A stretch of 64,000 nucleotides of DNA from Adineta vaga (Eukaryota; Animalia; Rotifera): positions 5,394,001 through 5,458,000 of the forward strand of contig CP075496.1 in NCBI GenBank assembly GCA_021613535.1. Direction: 5' to 3'. Of the stretch, positions 1 through 12,302 are shown piece by piece; the stretch's first letter is position 1; every line of letters begins with the position of its first letter. The notes under the pieces are model-generated. The model was not told the origin of the DNA and made no database searches. It saw only the letters and a list, made by a program, of their open reading frames with translations. The position numbers were made by a program, and so were the translations under genes.

Positions 1-188
1 AAGTGTACTCCATCGTTAACAATAACATTTTCATGATTATAAATATGCAGAGATGTGTTTCTTCTATTCATCTATTGTATTCGAAAACTTACAATACGAT
101 TGTTCAGCTTATATATTTCGTAAACAAATTAGTTGATCTTAAAGAAAAGAAAATCAATCGAATCATTAGAGTATATTTATTTTCTTTT

Positions 189-3100
189 TCAGTTTAAATC
201 AAAATCATTGGCAGATGTTAATTGTGAATAAACAGAATTTAAATTACGACGTGGAGAACGATGAAATATCGTACCACGACGATTGTGTAACGCACTTAGA
301 AAACCAAGAAGTAAGAAAGCAAATAGAATAGCTAAAATAAAAAATAATGGAGCATAATCTCGTCCAATTGATTTTAATGCAGATGAAGAATCGTTTTCAA
401 ATTGATCATTGGATTGAATAATTGTTGTAGTTTCATCGTCCGAAAAACCGACTGTTGTTGTTAAAGATGATGCTGATGTTGGCTTTTTAACATCAGCAGT
501 CGAAGGTTTAATAACATATTCTCTAAAAGGGCAAGCAGAAAAAGAAAACGTTGATGAATTTTTAATTTTAATCTTCACTAACCGTTTAGCTTTGATAATA
601 CTTGATTTTGTTGAGGGTGATTTTTGACAGATAATAGTAGCCGTTCGATTACAAGGAACTTCATCACAACGAATGACTGGTACTGCATTGGATGTTAAAT
701 CAATATATGCACAACCCATTTGTTGTTGTTTTATAAGATTTTTCTCAGTCGTAGTTAAACTATCTGATGACATTAAGGCTACATAACGTTCTTTAAATGT
801 TTTTTCACATAAATCATAAATAGCATTCGAATCGGGAATAATCAATGGATTATCAACATCAACATTATTATATTGAATAACAGTTTGATTGATATTATGA
901 TAATAAACTCCGACATGTGCGATACCTGTTGATGTATACATTCGTTGACGAATATATAATGATTTAATATATTGTAATGAAACTGATTTTTCAGGTACAA
1001 ATATTATAGCATTATCACGTTGACATTCAGCTTTTGCTTCATTCCAACCAACTTCGTGTGAAATAATTTTATAACAAAAATCATCAACAAGATGATATTG
1101 ATTCGTTTCATCATTACATGAATGATCAATTGTTATATTTGCTGATGTATCAGCAGGATTATCATCAGATATTGGTGGGACAAGAGTTATTTGAGGTTCT
1201 AAATGTTTATCGACACATACAGGCATGGCGGAATTTTTTTCACAAACAATTGATTCACTAATACATCTTTCATGACTTGTTCGACTTTGATTGGATTTTG
1301 GTATATACTGTATAGCAATACAATTTTTACTGATACTCTCATCCGTATTTTCGCATGGTCGAAGTAAACGATCTGATATAGTATTTGGATCAGGTGAATC
1401 ACTTGTTCTATCAATCCAATAATGTCGAGTATCATTGACAAATACAAATTTATAAGTTGTTAATATTTGTTTCATAAGACGTGTATGTAATAAAGATTCA
1501 GGTAGAATATCTTGAATTTCAACGATTTCATTGATTTTTGCAAGTGTAGCACCGACTGATTGACAATATGATAATGCTGAATCAAAAGATGGAGTTTTCG
1601 TTGAAAAATGACTATAAACACATTGTTGATCATTTTCTGCATTTTCAAAACCTAAATGAATCAAATGAAATTGATAAAATTTCAAAATAAAATAGTTAAA
1701 TAGTATTCTTTACCATGTCGACATTTTGGTAGTAGTACGTACATCGAATAGATTGTTGAATTAGATTGATGTCCACATGAATAGAAATAATTTCCTAGAC
1801 ATTGTTGACTACAATCTTGTCCAGTTAAAATAGTTACATCATTTTCTTCATCTTTCATTGGTTTATTTGTACATAAACATGTGTCATTATTGATTAGTGC
1901 ATATTTTTGTTTATATTTTGTACATAATGTTAAACAATATCGTGGATGATAAGCTTGAAGATCAGTAAAAGTAAATCGATAGATTGCCGATTGATTGAAT
2001 GAATTTAAACGTACACAACTATCATAAACATAATTAGGAAATGGTTCAGGAGGTGTACGACTAAATGTAAATGTACGACGAGAATCAAGAATTTGAAAAG
2101 CAACAATTGTATTATCATCACCACATAATTCATGAGAATTACCTAGAAAGAAAATACATAAGAAGTATGATGAATTTTTTTCATATGAAAGCAAACCTGG
2201 ACAAGTTTTTCCACAAGATTTCTGTTCATATTTTGAAAAATCAGTTGTTATATTCAATAAACTTGGACTAGCACCATTTACACAGTAGCATTTGTTTAGA
2301 TTTAAAATTGCTAATTTCGTTTGTAATTCTTGACATACAGATAAACATAATTCATGTGTTAGTTGATCAGATATTAAAGCTGGTAAATCAAGAGCTTTTG
2401 GTTTACTAAAACAACCATAGAGAAAATTCTGTACAACTAATGTATTTGTTTCACATAAGGCATGTCGTGGTTTCGAACAATTATTTGATGGAATATTTCG
2501 TATAATTGGTCGTTCTTCTTCTTCACTAATTGAACGTGTGATAAGTACACACGTATTTTTTAAATAACTGCTATTATTATTGTCATTAGAATCGATTACT
2601 TGAAATTCATTTATAGCACTATGATCCGTATTGACTGTTTCATTACTATCCGTTAAAATAAAAGATTGATCATAATAAATATTATGCACTGTCGATGTTG
2701 TCGTATCACTTTCATCATTATCTATTCAATAGAAAAATCAGAATCTTTCTCTACAAATCTTGACAAAACGAACGTACTTACCACTATCTGGATCAGTATC
2801 AAGAAGAAAAAAGCCTAATCTTGCTTGCCATTCAGATATATATTCAACAATATTACCTGTTGGTGATTCATTAAATTCTTCATCATCAATTAAATTTCCA
2901 TAACTATCTACTGACCATATTCGAGGTTTACCTACTAAATTTGACTGACGTTCTGATGATGATGATGATACATTAATACAACTATCTCTTGCTTCGTCAA
3001 TTGTCTTTCGTTCATCTGATATCCGATAACAACGTCCATTTAAATCAAACCAATTTGTTGGACAAAACTTTTGTATAGGACTTACACTGGCTATATACGT

Positions 3101-4348
3101 TTCATTACCATCATCACTGAATGATGAATATCTATCAATTGGATCTGCCACACATATACGATAAGAATATCGATGTGAATATGATGAATAGGAACTTTCA
3201 GTTAGACAACCATTTTCTAAAATATATCGTGTACTTGAACTCCATCCATATAAACTTGATCGGGAATGAGATAAATATGATCGCCATGCAGATGCTGATG
3301 TTGATGTGGATAGTGAAGACATTGATGAACATTTCCATGATGCATCAATAACAGCAGTTTCATCAAAATCAACAGTTACTATCGAATCATTTAAATGGAG
3401 TGTCTCAATCATTTTTAAAAAACTTGCCCAAGACAAACTTCCATCAAAAGTATAAATTGATGATGGTAGTGTACAAGAATTCCAAAAGTTTTTGTATGTA
3501 TAAACACATTTTTTTAAATCCTTTATATATATAAAATTTAATGGACATGTACCATTTAGGTCATAGATAGCTCGAATATTCGAATTGTTTATTGATCCAC
3601 ATTGATATTTCTGTACGGTTTTTACACCTTCAGCTGTATTATTACAGTAAAGATCGCATGCACTATTCTTTTCAATGGTTATATAATGTAATTTTTCAAA
3701 ATATTTATTGGATTTCAGAGGCATTATACATGTACATCTATCACTATCACCATTGAATGCTAGAAAATGAAAATAGACTTCATTGATTGTCTGTCTACTA
3801 TGAGAAAATGAATAAACATTACCTATTGATTTCGTTGTAGCATTCTGATCTAAACATGCAGCTGCACATTGTTCTAATTTATTCAAAGATGATCGAACAG
3901 TAATACTACTTAATATAATTTCAGAAGTATCATAAACATCCGATTTTCTCCATGTTTCACATGAAGAAAATTTAATTTGATAATCAAATAAATGTCCATG
4001 TGTACTATAAAATTTCTCTTGAACATAAGCTGAATATGCCGATGGACCTCCGCATTTATTCGATGTTTTAACTGAACGATCTACTGGTTGTGTACATGGA
4101 TATGTACATGCTTTCGCTATCTGCCGATTTTGATCCGTCAATCCACCACCGGAACATCGACAAACTGTTTTTTGTAGATAAATTATTGGTGTATCACATA
4201 ATCGAAAGCATAAAGTTGGTTCCATGAATGAACTGGTGAAGTACGAATCATGAAAGACTTGTGTAAAACAACCAGCATTACGATATGAACAAAAAACTGA
4301 TTGATTTATTGAAAATATAAATAAAATATAGATGAGAAACTGATACAT
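189..4348 (-). CDS. Type I membrane protein with multiple WSC and C-type lectin-like domains (6 exons; introns ~3760-3822, 2722-2781, 2143-2196, 1652-1713, 523-582)
   Basis: ATG at 4348 begins a signal peptide (MYQFLIYILFIFSINQSVFC). WSC-type Cys patterns: YRNAGCF..MEPTLCFRLC..CRC..C..PC..CGG..Y; YGCF..LTHELCLSVC..CYC..C..TCPG..CG. CTL-type patterns: CPTNWFDLNGRCYRI; FCYKIISHEVGWNEAKAECQ..IICQK. C-terminal TM (APLFFILAILFAFLLLGFLSAL) and short tail. Three ORF-track pieces join through GT-AG introns; stop TGA 189-191. Confidence 0.8.
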
Positions 4349-5840
4349 TCTATATGAAAATTTCTCAACTGATTGTTTCAAGTAGAATTGAAGCAAAGCA
4401 AAGATGAAACTTGAGATTCATTAGATTTGATGCGATATTAAATCGAAGAAAAGTTGATAAAAAACGATTGTTAATTGTGTCTCTCGTTTAGTACATCAAG
4501 TGATTTATCTTATCTTTCGATTCCTCTTTTTTTGCTTCCCTAGAAATTTCATATTGAGCAAAGTTAAAATTTCTTTTTTCTTCGTGTTCTTCTTCTTCTT
4601 CCTACTGTATGAGTAAGAAAAGAAAAACATCAGTTCTCTTCTACTTCTAACTGAAGGACAAATTGTTTCACAATTGGTGTGCAAGCCACACATTAAATTG
4701 AAGAGATGAATTAGAAAAAAAAAACTTTTTCTGTATACTTGAAAGTTTCTCTGCTTTTTTTTATTAATCGTAAGCGAAAGACGTTTTCTTTTTTTCATGA
4801 TTGATTTGTTTGTATGAACTTTTTCTTTGTTTCATAGGAGTGTGTATGAACTGAATTTGAAAGGTAAATAGTCTTAAAATAGAATCATTTGAAAAGTAAG
4901 ATTAGAGATAAGAATGAAAAAAAGATATTTAATTATCGATCATATTACTTCAATTTGACAAAATCGGATAAGATATGACTAACCAAATTGAAAAGAACAA
5001 ATGCTTCGGAGAATTTTACTCATTTTCTGATATATTCCAAGCTGAAAGCATTATTTTGTAATACTTTAATTAATTAGTTATCATGACTACATAAAAAGAT
5101 GGAATTTTCCGTTTTGTTTCAGTATAGTTATAGGATGCGTATGTTTTTTAAACATTGATCATGCCATCGTTTTCGCATACGTCATCAGAGAAATGAATCA
5201 AATGCGTAAAAATGTTTCTTTGCTTTAGTGGAAAATTGATTAAAATTTATAAAAAATTCAAGTGATTTTATGTTAATAGAATGTCAAATAAGCATGCGTA
5301 TCTATAGAATCTTTTCAGACTTTTGATTGATTGATTGAACAATGAATCTGTTCATTTAAAACGAAAAATATTATCAATCAATATTTGGCATTCGACTCGA
5401 TAAAAGTCATTTTTCTCATTGATTATTGTCGCGGTAAATATTAACTCCAGAAGATGGCTCCAGTGTACATAATCTCTTTCCCTATCTCCTCCTATCGATT
5501 GGTTCATTATTGTTGTGTGTGTATGTGTGTATTTTCTTCTTTCTTTCTTTCTTTTTTATCAGTTGCGAATATTTTTTTTCTGTTCTGTTGTTTATTGTTA
5601 TTTGTTTTTTTCATCATTGTTCTCTCATATGTATATCGGTTTTTTTCTTTTCTCCCCCTCTCTCTCTCCCTTTCGTTATGAATATTATTTTTCTTTTCTT
5701 ATTTAGAAAAGACAAAAACCAGATTATCTGATCATTCACATGTATATATACAATCTCTGACAAGAATGACGTCAATATTACATTACTAAATCCAATTTGT
5801 TTTGATTTAGAAAATTTTATTTTTATGTTTTGTCTAAATT

Positions 5841-8800
5841 ATGTCATCAAGTGCACAACCTGTTGAAGTAATTTGAATTACATCCTCTTTTTTCTTCTTA
5901 TTCAATTAAACAAATATATTGTTTTAGGCAAATTGTGGTCCGCCTGAAGATGACGATATTGATGGTGTTGATATTGGTACGAAAATTGTGTTCGAACCAT
6001 ATAATTTCATTTACTTTCTTTTTCTTATCAAGGTAAAAAACATAAACTTGGACATTTACGTGTCGATACTCAAGGCAATGTTACCTTTAAACGTTTACCT
6101 ATTACTCAACTTGTCGAAGCATTACAACTAGGTATTCAATATACCGTCGGCGGTCTCCAAGCAAAAGCAGCACATGATGTATTGTACCAAGATTTTTTGA
6201 CGGTTGAAATCATACATTTTCCCAAGTAAATTATATATAAAAAATAATCTGAAAGAAAAACTTTGAAATTTATTTTCTTGAAAAATAGAGAAGGAACAAA
6301 AACGACTCCAGCACATCGATTCAATGATTTTACGATTCGTTCATATGCTCCTGTTGCATTTAGACATTTTAGAGAATTATTTAATATTAAACCAGACGAA
6401 TTTTTGGTAAAGATATATCTTCTATTCTTATTGTTTACTTATTTTTCTTATAGTATTCAATATGTAAACCATTAAGAGAATTAAAAAATCCGGGTGCCAG
6501 TGGAAGCTTATTTTATTTGACATCCGACGATGAATTTATTCTAAAAACAGTACAAAAGAAGGAGGCAGAATTTTTAAAATGTCTCCTTCCCGGTTATTAC
6601 ATGGTTCGATATTCCATTCTTTCTTATCTCTTTTCTTTAAATTCATTTTTTAGAATGTTACTCAAAATCCACGCACTTTATTACCGAAATTCTTTGGTCT
6701 TTACTGTTATCAGGTATAAATACGAATTCGGTTTTTTTTCCCTTATCTAATCAGTCCGAGCGAAAAGAGAAATATATTAAAACTAATCAATAAAAAAGAT
6801 TGATAACAATATATACATATGTATAGGTCACAGAATTCATGCCGAGACATAAGCTTAATGGGAGTGTAAGTGAAAGTTTCTAAGCAAATGGTTTCTTTCT
6901 AGTTGATTAACTCATAATCATTCTCCTTGCGTGTATGTGTTTATATGTTTGACTGATATAAAGAGTTTGATGAAATTTTTCTTCTTTTCTAATATATTCT
7001 CAATTTTATGATCATCTATGATATGATTTCTATTTACTATAAAAACTATATTTATCAATATAGTTTCCATATTCACTGATCAATTGATAAAACTCTCTTC
7101 TAATACAGGTGAAACTCTTCTGATTCAATGTATTTTGCTTTGCTCTTATTTTGTTTGATTTCTTTTTCAAAACTAGATTTATATGTATATTTTTTCATTT
7201 GTTGATTTTCTTTTAGGGTGATAATAAAAATATTCGTATAACTGTAATGAATAATTTAATTCCATCTCATGTACAAATGCATGAGAAATATGATCTCAAA
7301 GGTTCGACCTATAAACGACGAGCAAATAGTGTTGAACGACAAAAAGAATCTCCTACATGGAAAGATTTAGATTTTATGGAAAGACATCCGGATGGATTAT
7401 TATTAGATACAGAAACTTATAATGCATTAGCTAAAACTGTTCAACGTGATTGTCGAGTTAGTTTTTAATTAATATTGAATCTATGAAAATGAAACGAATG
7501 ACTCATTTAGGTTCTTGAAAGTTTTCGAATTATGGATTATTCATTTCTAATTGGTGTTCATCAAGTTGATACAGCTAATGAATCAGGCGGAGTAAGGAAA
7601 ATAATCTGAAACAATTTCTCTTTTAATTCATGTTTTATGTTTAAGGATCGTACTACCGCTCATCCAGTGTGTACACCTGGTGGTAAGTGAACTTCTTTTT
7701 TTGAGAAAGAGAGATAGATAGAAACAAATGTACATGATAACTTTTTTTTGTAGAACAGACATCAGTACAACCAAAACGAATGATGTATTCCACTCCCATG
7801 GATACTATTCAAGTAGAATTTGATGAACATAATAAACCTGATGATCATCTTGTTAAGTAAGTCATTTTTTTGATACATTTGCGACTAATTAGTAGTCACA
7901 TCTGGATATATTCACAGTGACTTTATCATTTGCTTATGCGTGGTGTAAATATCAGGAATATCTAACTAGAAAGAGATAAAAATAAAACATTGAAAGTGAT
8001 GTTTTCTCGTCAGAACATATAGAGATAATCTGGATTGTTCAACTTATTTTTATATTTTCATTATTAGAACTGGTGGTATTCCAGCTCGAACAGCAAGTGG
8101 TCAACGATTATTACTCTATGTTGGCATAATCGATATCTTACAATCTTATCATATTCGTAAAAAACTAGAACACACATTCAAATCTGTTCTTACCGATGGA
8201 GTAAAATACGATAGATTTAAAATCAAATCTTAAAAATGTTTTTTCCTTTTAGACTCAAATCTCAGTAACCAATCCAAGTTTTTATTCTGAACGATTTCAA
8301 AAATTTCTCTTTACTACTGTGTTCAAAAAATCACCACGTAAATATCGATTTTCTATTTATTCTTCAGAGTTTTTTCTTCGAATAAATTTTCGAAAATAAA
8401 TTTAGTCTATATACAATATCAGGAGCAAGTATGTAAGTTGAGTTCAATGATAAACTTTGATTTTGGGTGTCATACTACTTCTAATTGAACACGATAATTT
8501 TTCTAATAAATCACTACAAAAAAAACCCTTTTTCTTCATCGATCTTAGGTGATAACAAGAAATTTCGTACAATTGCATTAATTGGTAAAAAAAACGAAGC
8601 AAATCTGTTTTTTTTATTATTGTTGTATTTTATTTATAGCTTATATATCCATTTATATTGTTTTTATTCCCAACCCTTATATCTTTTTTGTGCATAAGAA
8701 TATCAAAGCATTAGCTTCTAAAATCGAAAGGAGAAAATTGATATGAGGTGTTTGTGTGTATTCCACGCTTTGCTATTCTAGATTTTTGGAAGAAAACATA

Positions 8801-10416
8801 TGTATATCTATAGGAATTGAATTTTTTTTCTTCTAGCCTTACGTGAATCACCAGTCAAACGTCGATCAAGATTAGCGAAAATGATTCCGGGATCAGAACG
8901 TGAAAAAGAAATGATGACAACAACACCAGTAACAATTCGAAATGATCGTGGCGGTTTAAATACATCACCCATACAACGACGATCATTTGAAACAACACCA
9001 TTAAATTCAAATCAATCAGATACGAGGTAGAAAACTGTCTTTTACACATAAATTATTTCTTTAATACATGCTTATTCGTTTTCAGTTCACCAAAAACAGG
9101 CTTCAATACAAAAATATTTCGTAATAATCCTCCTGTACATGCAAATCATACAAGTTCTAATTCAAGTACAGGAACTCGAACAACGAATAGTCAAATAAAC
9201 TCCTATTATTCTTCATCACCATCAACACATACGAATACATACATACGTAAACCTGATGTTGAACATAATCAACGCGATAGTTCAACGACACTTTATACAA
9301 GTTCACATCAATCCGATTCTTTATATAATGAATCAACAAGACAACATTCGGCGAGAATTATAACAACATCCTTTAATAAATCGCTCAAACATATACCAAG
9401 TCCATCGTATACTAGAAGAATTCTATTAACACCAGCAAAAAATAAAGACGATGACGATGATGATCATGACGAACCACGTCAAGTTTTATTACCAATTGGT
9501 GGAGGAATCGTGGGAAAACTAGCGTCATCAATAACGAATTTATCTTATCGTAAGTATGATCTACTACTATTCTAATGATATAATGACTTGTCATTCAAGA
9601 ATTTCAATTGTGTTTTACCTTTTTTTTCGACTACACTACTTTTCCGTAACTGAAAATGCATTCTAAGTACAAAAAATTGGGAATATTTCAAGAATTCTTC
9701 TACTTTGATAAAACACTATGGTATACTCTTGACAATCTGCTTTTCTCCCTTTGAGCTCACATCCCCGGACTTATCTTTTGTTAGTTAGTTATTAAAGTCG
9801 GAAGCTTACAATCAATTATCCTGATTTCTTTTCAAATGTCATCAGCAAGAGAGGGAGTACTAACTAACCCAGATCAAATCAAAGTCAATTACAATTTTAC
9901 ATCAATCAATAAAGTATCTTTTTTCTAACTATAGGTAGCAATTCAGCTGAACATTCTCCCGTACATCGTCCATATCGTAATCCTTCAACTAGTGGTGTTG
10001 ACAACGAACCGGTATGTCTAATAGATTTTTCACCATTCCAGTTGGTTCTTCTTCCTATCTTCAATCTTTGCTTGCACATTTCTTCCTCTTTGTCTATCTT
10101 CATAATATATATATATATGATTTAGTTATACTCTATGATCATTTACTCTTTCTTTTCTTTATCTATCCATAGACCAGTCCCTTTATTATTCGGGTTTGTA
10201 TGAAATAATTTAATAGATTTATTTTTTCTCTTTACTCTTCTGCATGTTATCTACTAAAACCTTTTTCGATTTTCATTCTAATCCACTTAGAAAAATGTGT
10301 GTTTTATCGTTCTACTCACTTAATTCACTAAATACTTTTTTAAAAAAATAGCCTTTCGACATTGTAATTGCCAATCATTTATGATTGTTATTCTTTTCAT
10401 TTAGACTCGACTTTAA
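5841..10416 (+). CDS. PIP5K1: Type I phosphatidylinositol-4-phosphate 5-kinase, paralog A (multi-exon)
   Basis: Spliced motifs: [102 protein letters not shown] (type I Glu). S/T-rich tail; most likely last exon ACT CGA CTT TAA (10405-10416) gives a C-terminal TRL. The 3' end is less certain than the kinase core. Confidence 0.93.
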
Positions 10417-11479
10417 TCTAAACAAATCCTTACGGAAACATTCCTTCTCGACAAACAAAAAGAAAAAGGTTTTGATCGTATCGATTGACCTTTTTTTTCT
10501 CTTCATTTTTTTTTCTTCTTCTTTTTATTAATCTATTTGTGCGCGTTGTATATACGTATTCGTCAGTCATGTGTTTAAAACAAAAAAAAGCTCGTTTTTT
10601 TGCTACCAAAGAAAAATGATGATACGATACCCATTTTTCATATTCGTTCACACATTTATCTCCTACCCCGGTGTTTTCTTTTTGTAAACTTAATTAGCAG
10701 TTTATTTCTGATGAGCGATAAATAGCCTTTATGCACGGTATACTTTATCTATACAAATGGTGTTTTTCGTTTGTCATTGTCTCTGATATGTGTTTTTTTT
10801 CTTCTTCTTCTTCTTCTTTCTCGATATCCTTTCCTTGGATTATTCTTTGTTTGTGGTCATCTTTTAATATGACTATCACGCACATACTATTATTTTAATG
10901 TAACAAATCTCTTCCTATTTCTTACCTTCGAATAAAAATTTATGAAAATAAGAACATCCCTTTTTCTTTTTTTCTTCTTCTTATTCTCAACGTCTCATAT
11001 TCTTTCTTGGAAGTTTCTTTATCTAATGAGAATTCTATAAATAAACAAATTTACATATACATTGAATCTTTTAACCAAGTACAAAACCTATATCATCGAA
11101 AATATACTGACGAGAAATAATTTATGATATAAACAACTATTTTATTATTTGAGTAATCTTTTATTTCTTTTTTTAGATATATATATTTATTAGATTTTCT
11201 TAAATTCAAACAACTGTAGGTAATATATCTATTAATTATACAAATGACAGAGTCGGCATTATTTTTCATACTGCATACCATCATTGACATCGTGCTTTTT
11301 CTTTCATCTTATTATCACGATTCTAAAAGAATTTTCTCGAGTGATCCTACTTTAACAACTTCGAGTATCGTTAAGCTTATTCAAATAATCAAATCACCAA
11401 CTGTTCTTATCTGTATCTACTTAACAACTGTTGTTAATTATCAGATATATTAACTAGTTCTTATAAGTAGTTCGTTTTG

Positions 11480-11503
11480 TATATATATATATATATATAT
11501 ATA
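11480..11503. repeat. (TA)n microsatellite
   Basis: About 12 perfect TA units seen directly. Confidence 0.9.
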
Positions 11504-11825
11504 ACACTGAAGTAGAAGATCAAATGACAATCTTTCAGAGAAAATAAGCGAAAAAAAGAAGAACCTAGTACATGAGGAAATCTCATGAGAGAAAAAGAAA
11601 ATGTTCAAGTATGTCTACAATACTTACAAATTCTTCAGAGACTAATAAAGTTTTTGTTCGGAGAACGAAAATACAATTTTCTTCGTTATCATCGCGAGAT
11701 TAGATCAATTCATCGATTGATTGATTGATTGATCTGATTTTTACAATTTCTTACCTTGACCTTCGAAAATCTACAGTAAAATATCGAATGCATATCTTAT
11801 TTGTGTTGTTATTAAGCAAAAGAGA

Positions 11826-11851
<26 letters not shown>
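11826..11851. repeat. (GA)n microsatellite upstream of PIP5K paralog B
   Basis: Perfect GA run seen directly. Similar GA/CT tracts occur near several other gene starts (e.g. ~28590, ~38725, ~58660). Confidence 0.85.
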
Positions 11852-11858
<7 letters not shown>

Positions 11859-12302
11859 AGTATTAAAAAAAAGGAAGAAGAGGAGGAGAAACGGAATGTA
11901 GTATTCGTTCGTGCATGCTTACGCGTTCACATTCGATTTGATTGTCTATAGATTATATATATATACTCACAACGGGCATGTTGACCAAGCTCAACTTTTT
12001 TTCTTCATTTGACTTACCATTTATAAAAGAAACAAGATGATGCAGAAGGAGAGAAAGAAAAAGCGACTTGATAAAAATGTAGAGAGAGAAAAAAAATAAG
12101 AGAATCCTCCTCTGTTTCCGACAACTTTCTTTCCGCTTCAACTAGATGAGAAAAGAAAAACAAACCGATTAGCTGAATAATCTTCATGTGCGTCTATATG
12201 CATATGTGTCAATGATTATTTTTCTTCGTAAGAAAACTCGACAGAGAAGAAAGTGAATATCGATATCTCTCGTTTTAGATCATATCTTTCTTTCTTTTTT
12301 AC

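Noticed and set aside
4505-5731. Short Phe/Leu-rich or Lys-rich ORFs (also 10430-12141, 23363-24813, 26993-28781, 48867-49827, 53125-53741)
   Set aside because: Translations of T-rich or A-rich UTR/promoter sequence, mostly with non-ATG starts and no motifs.
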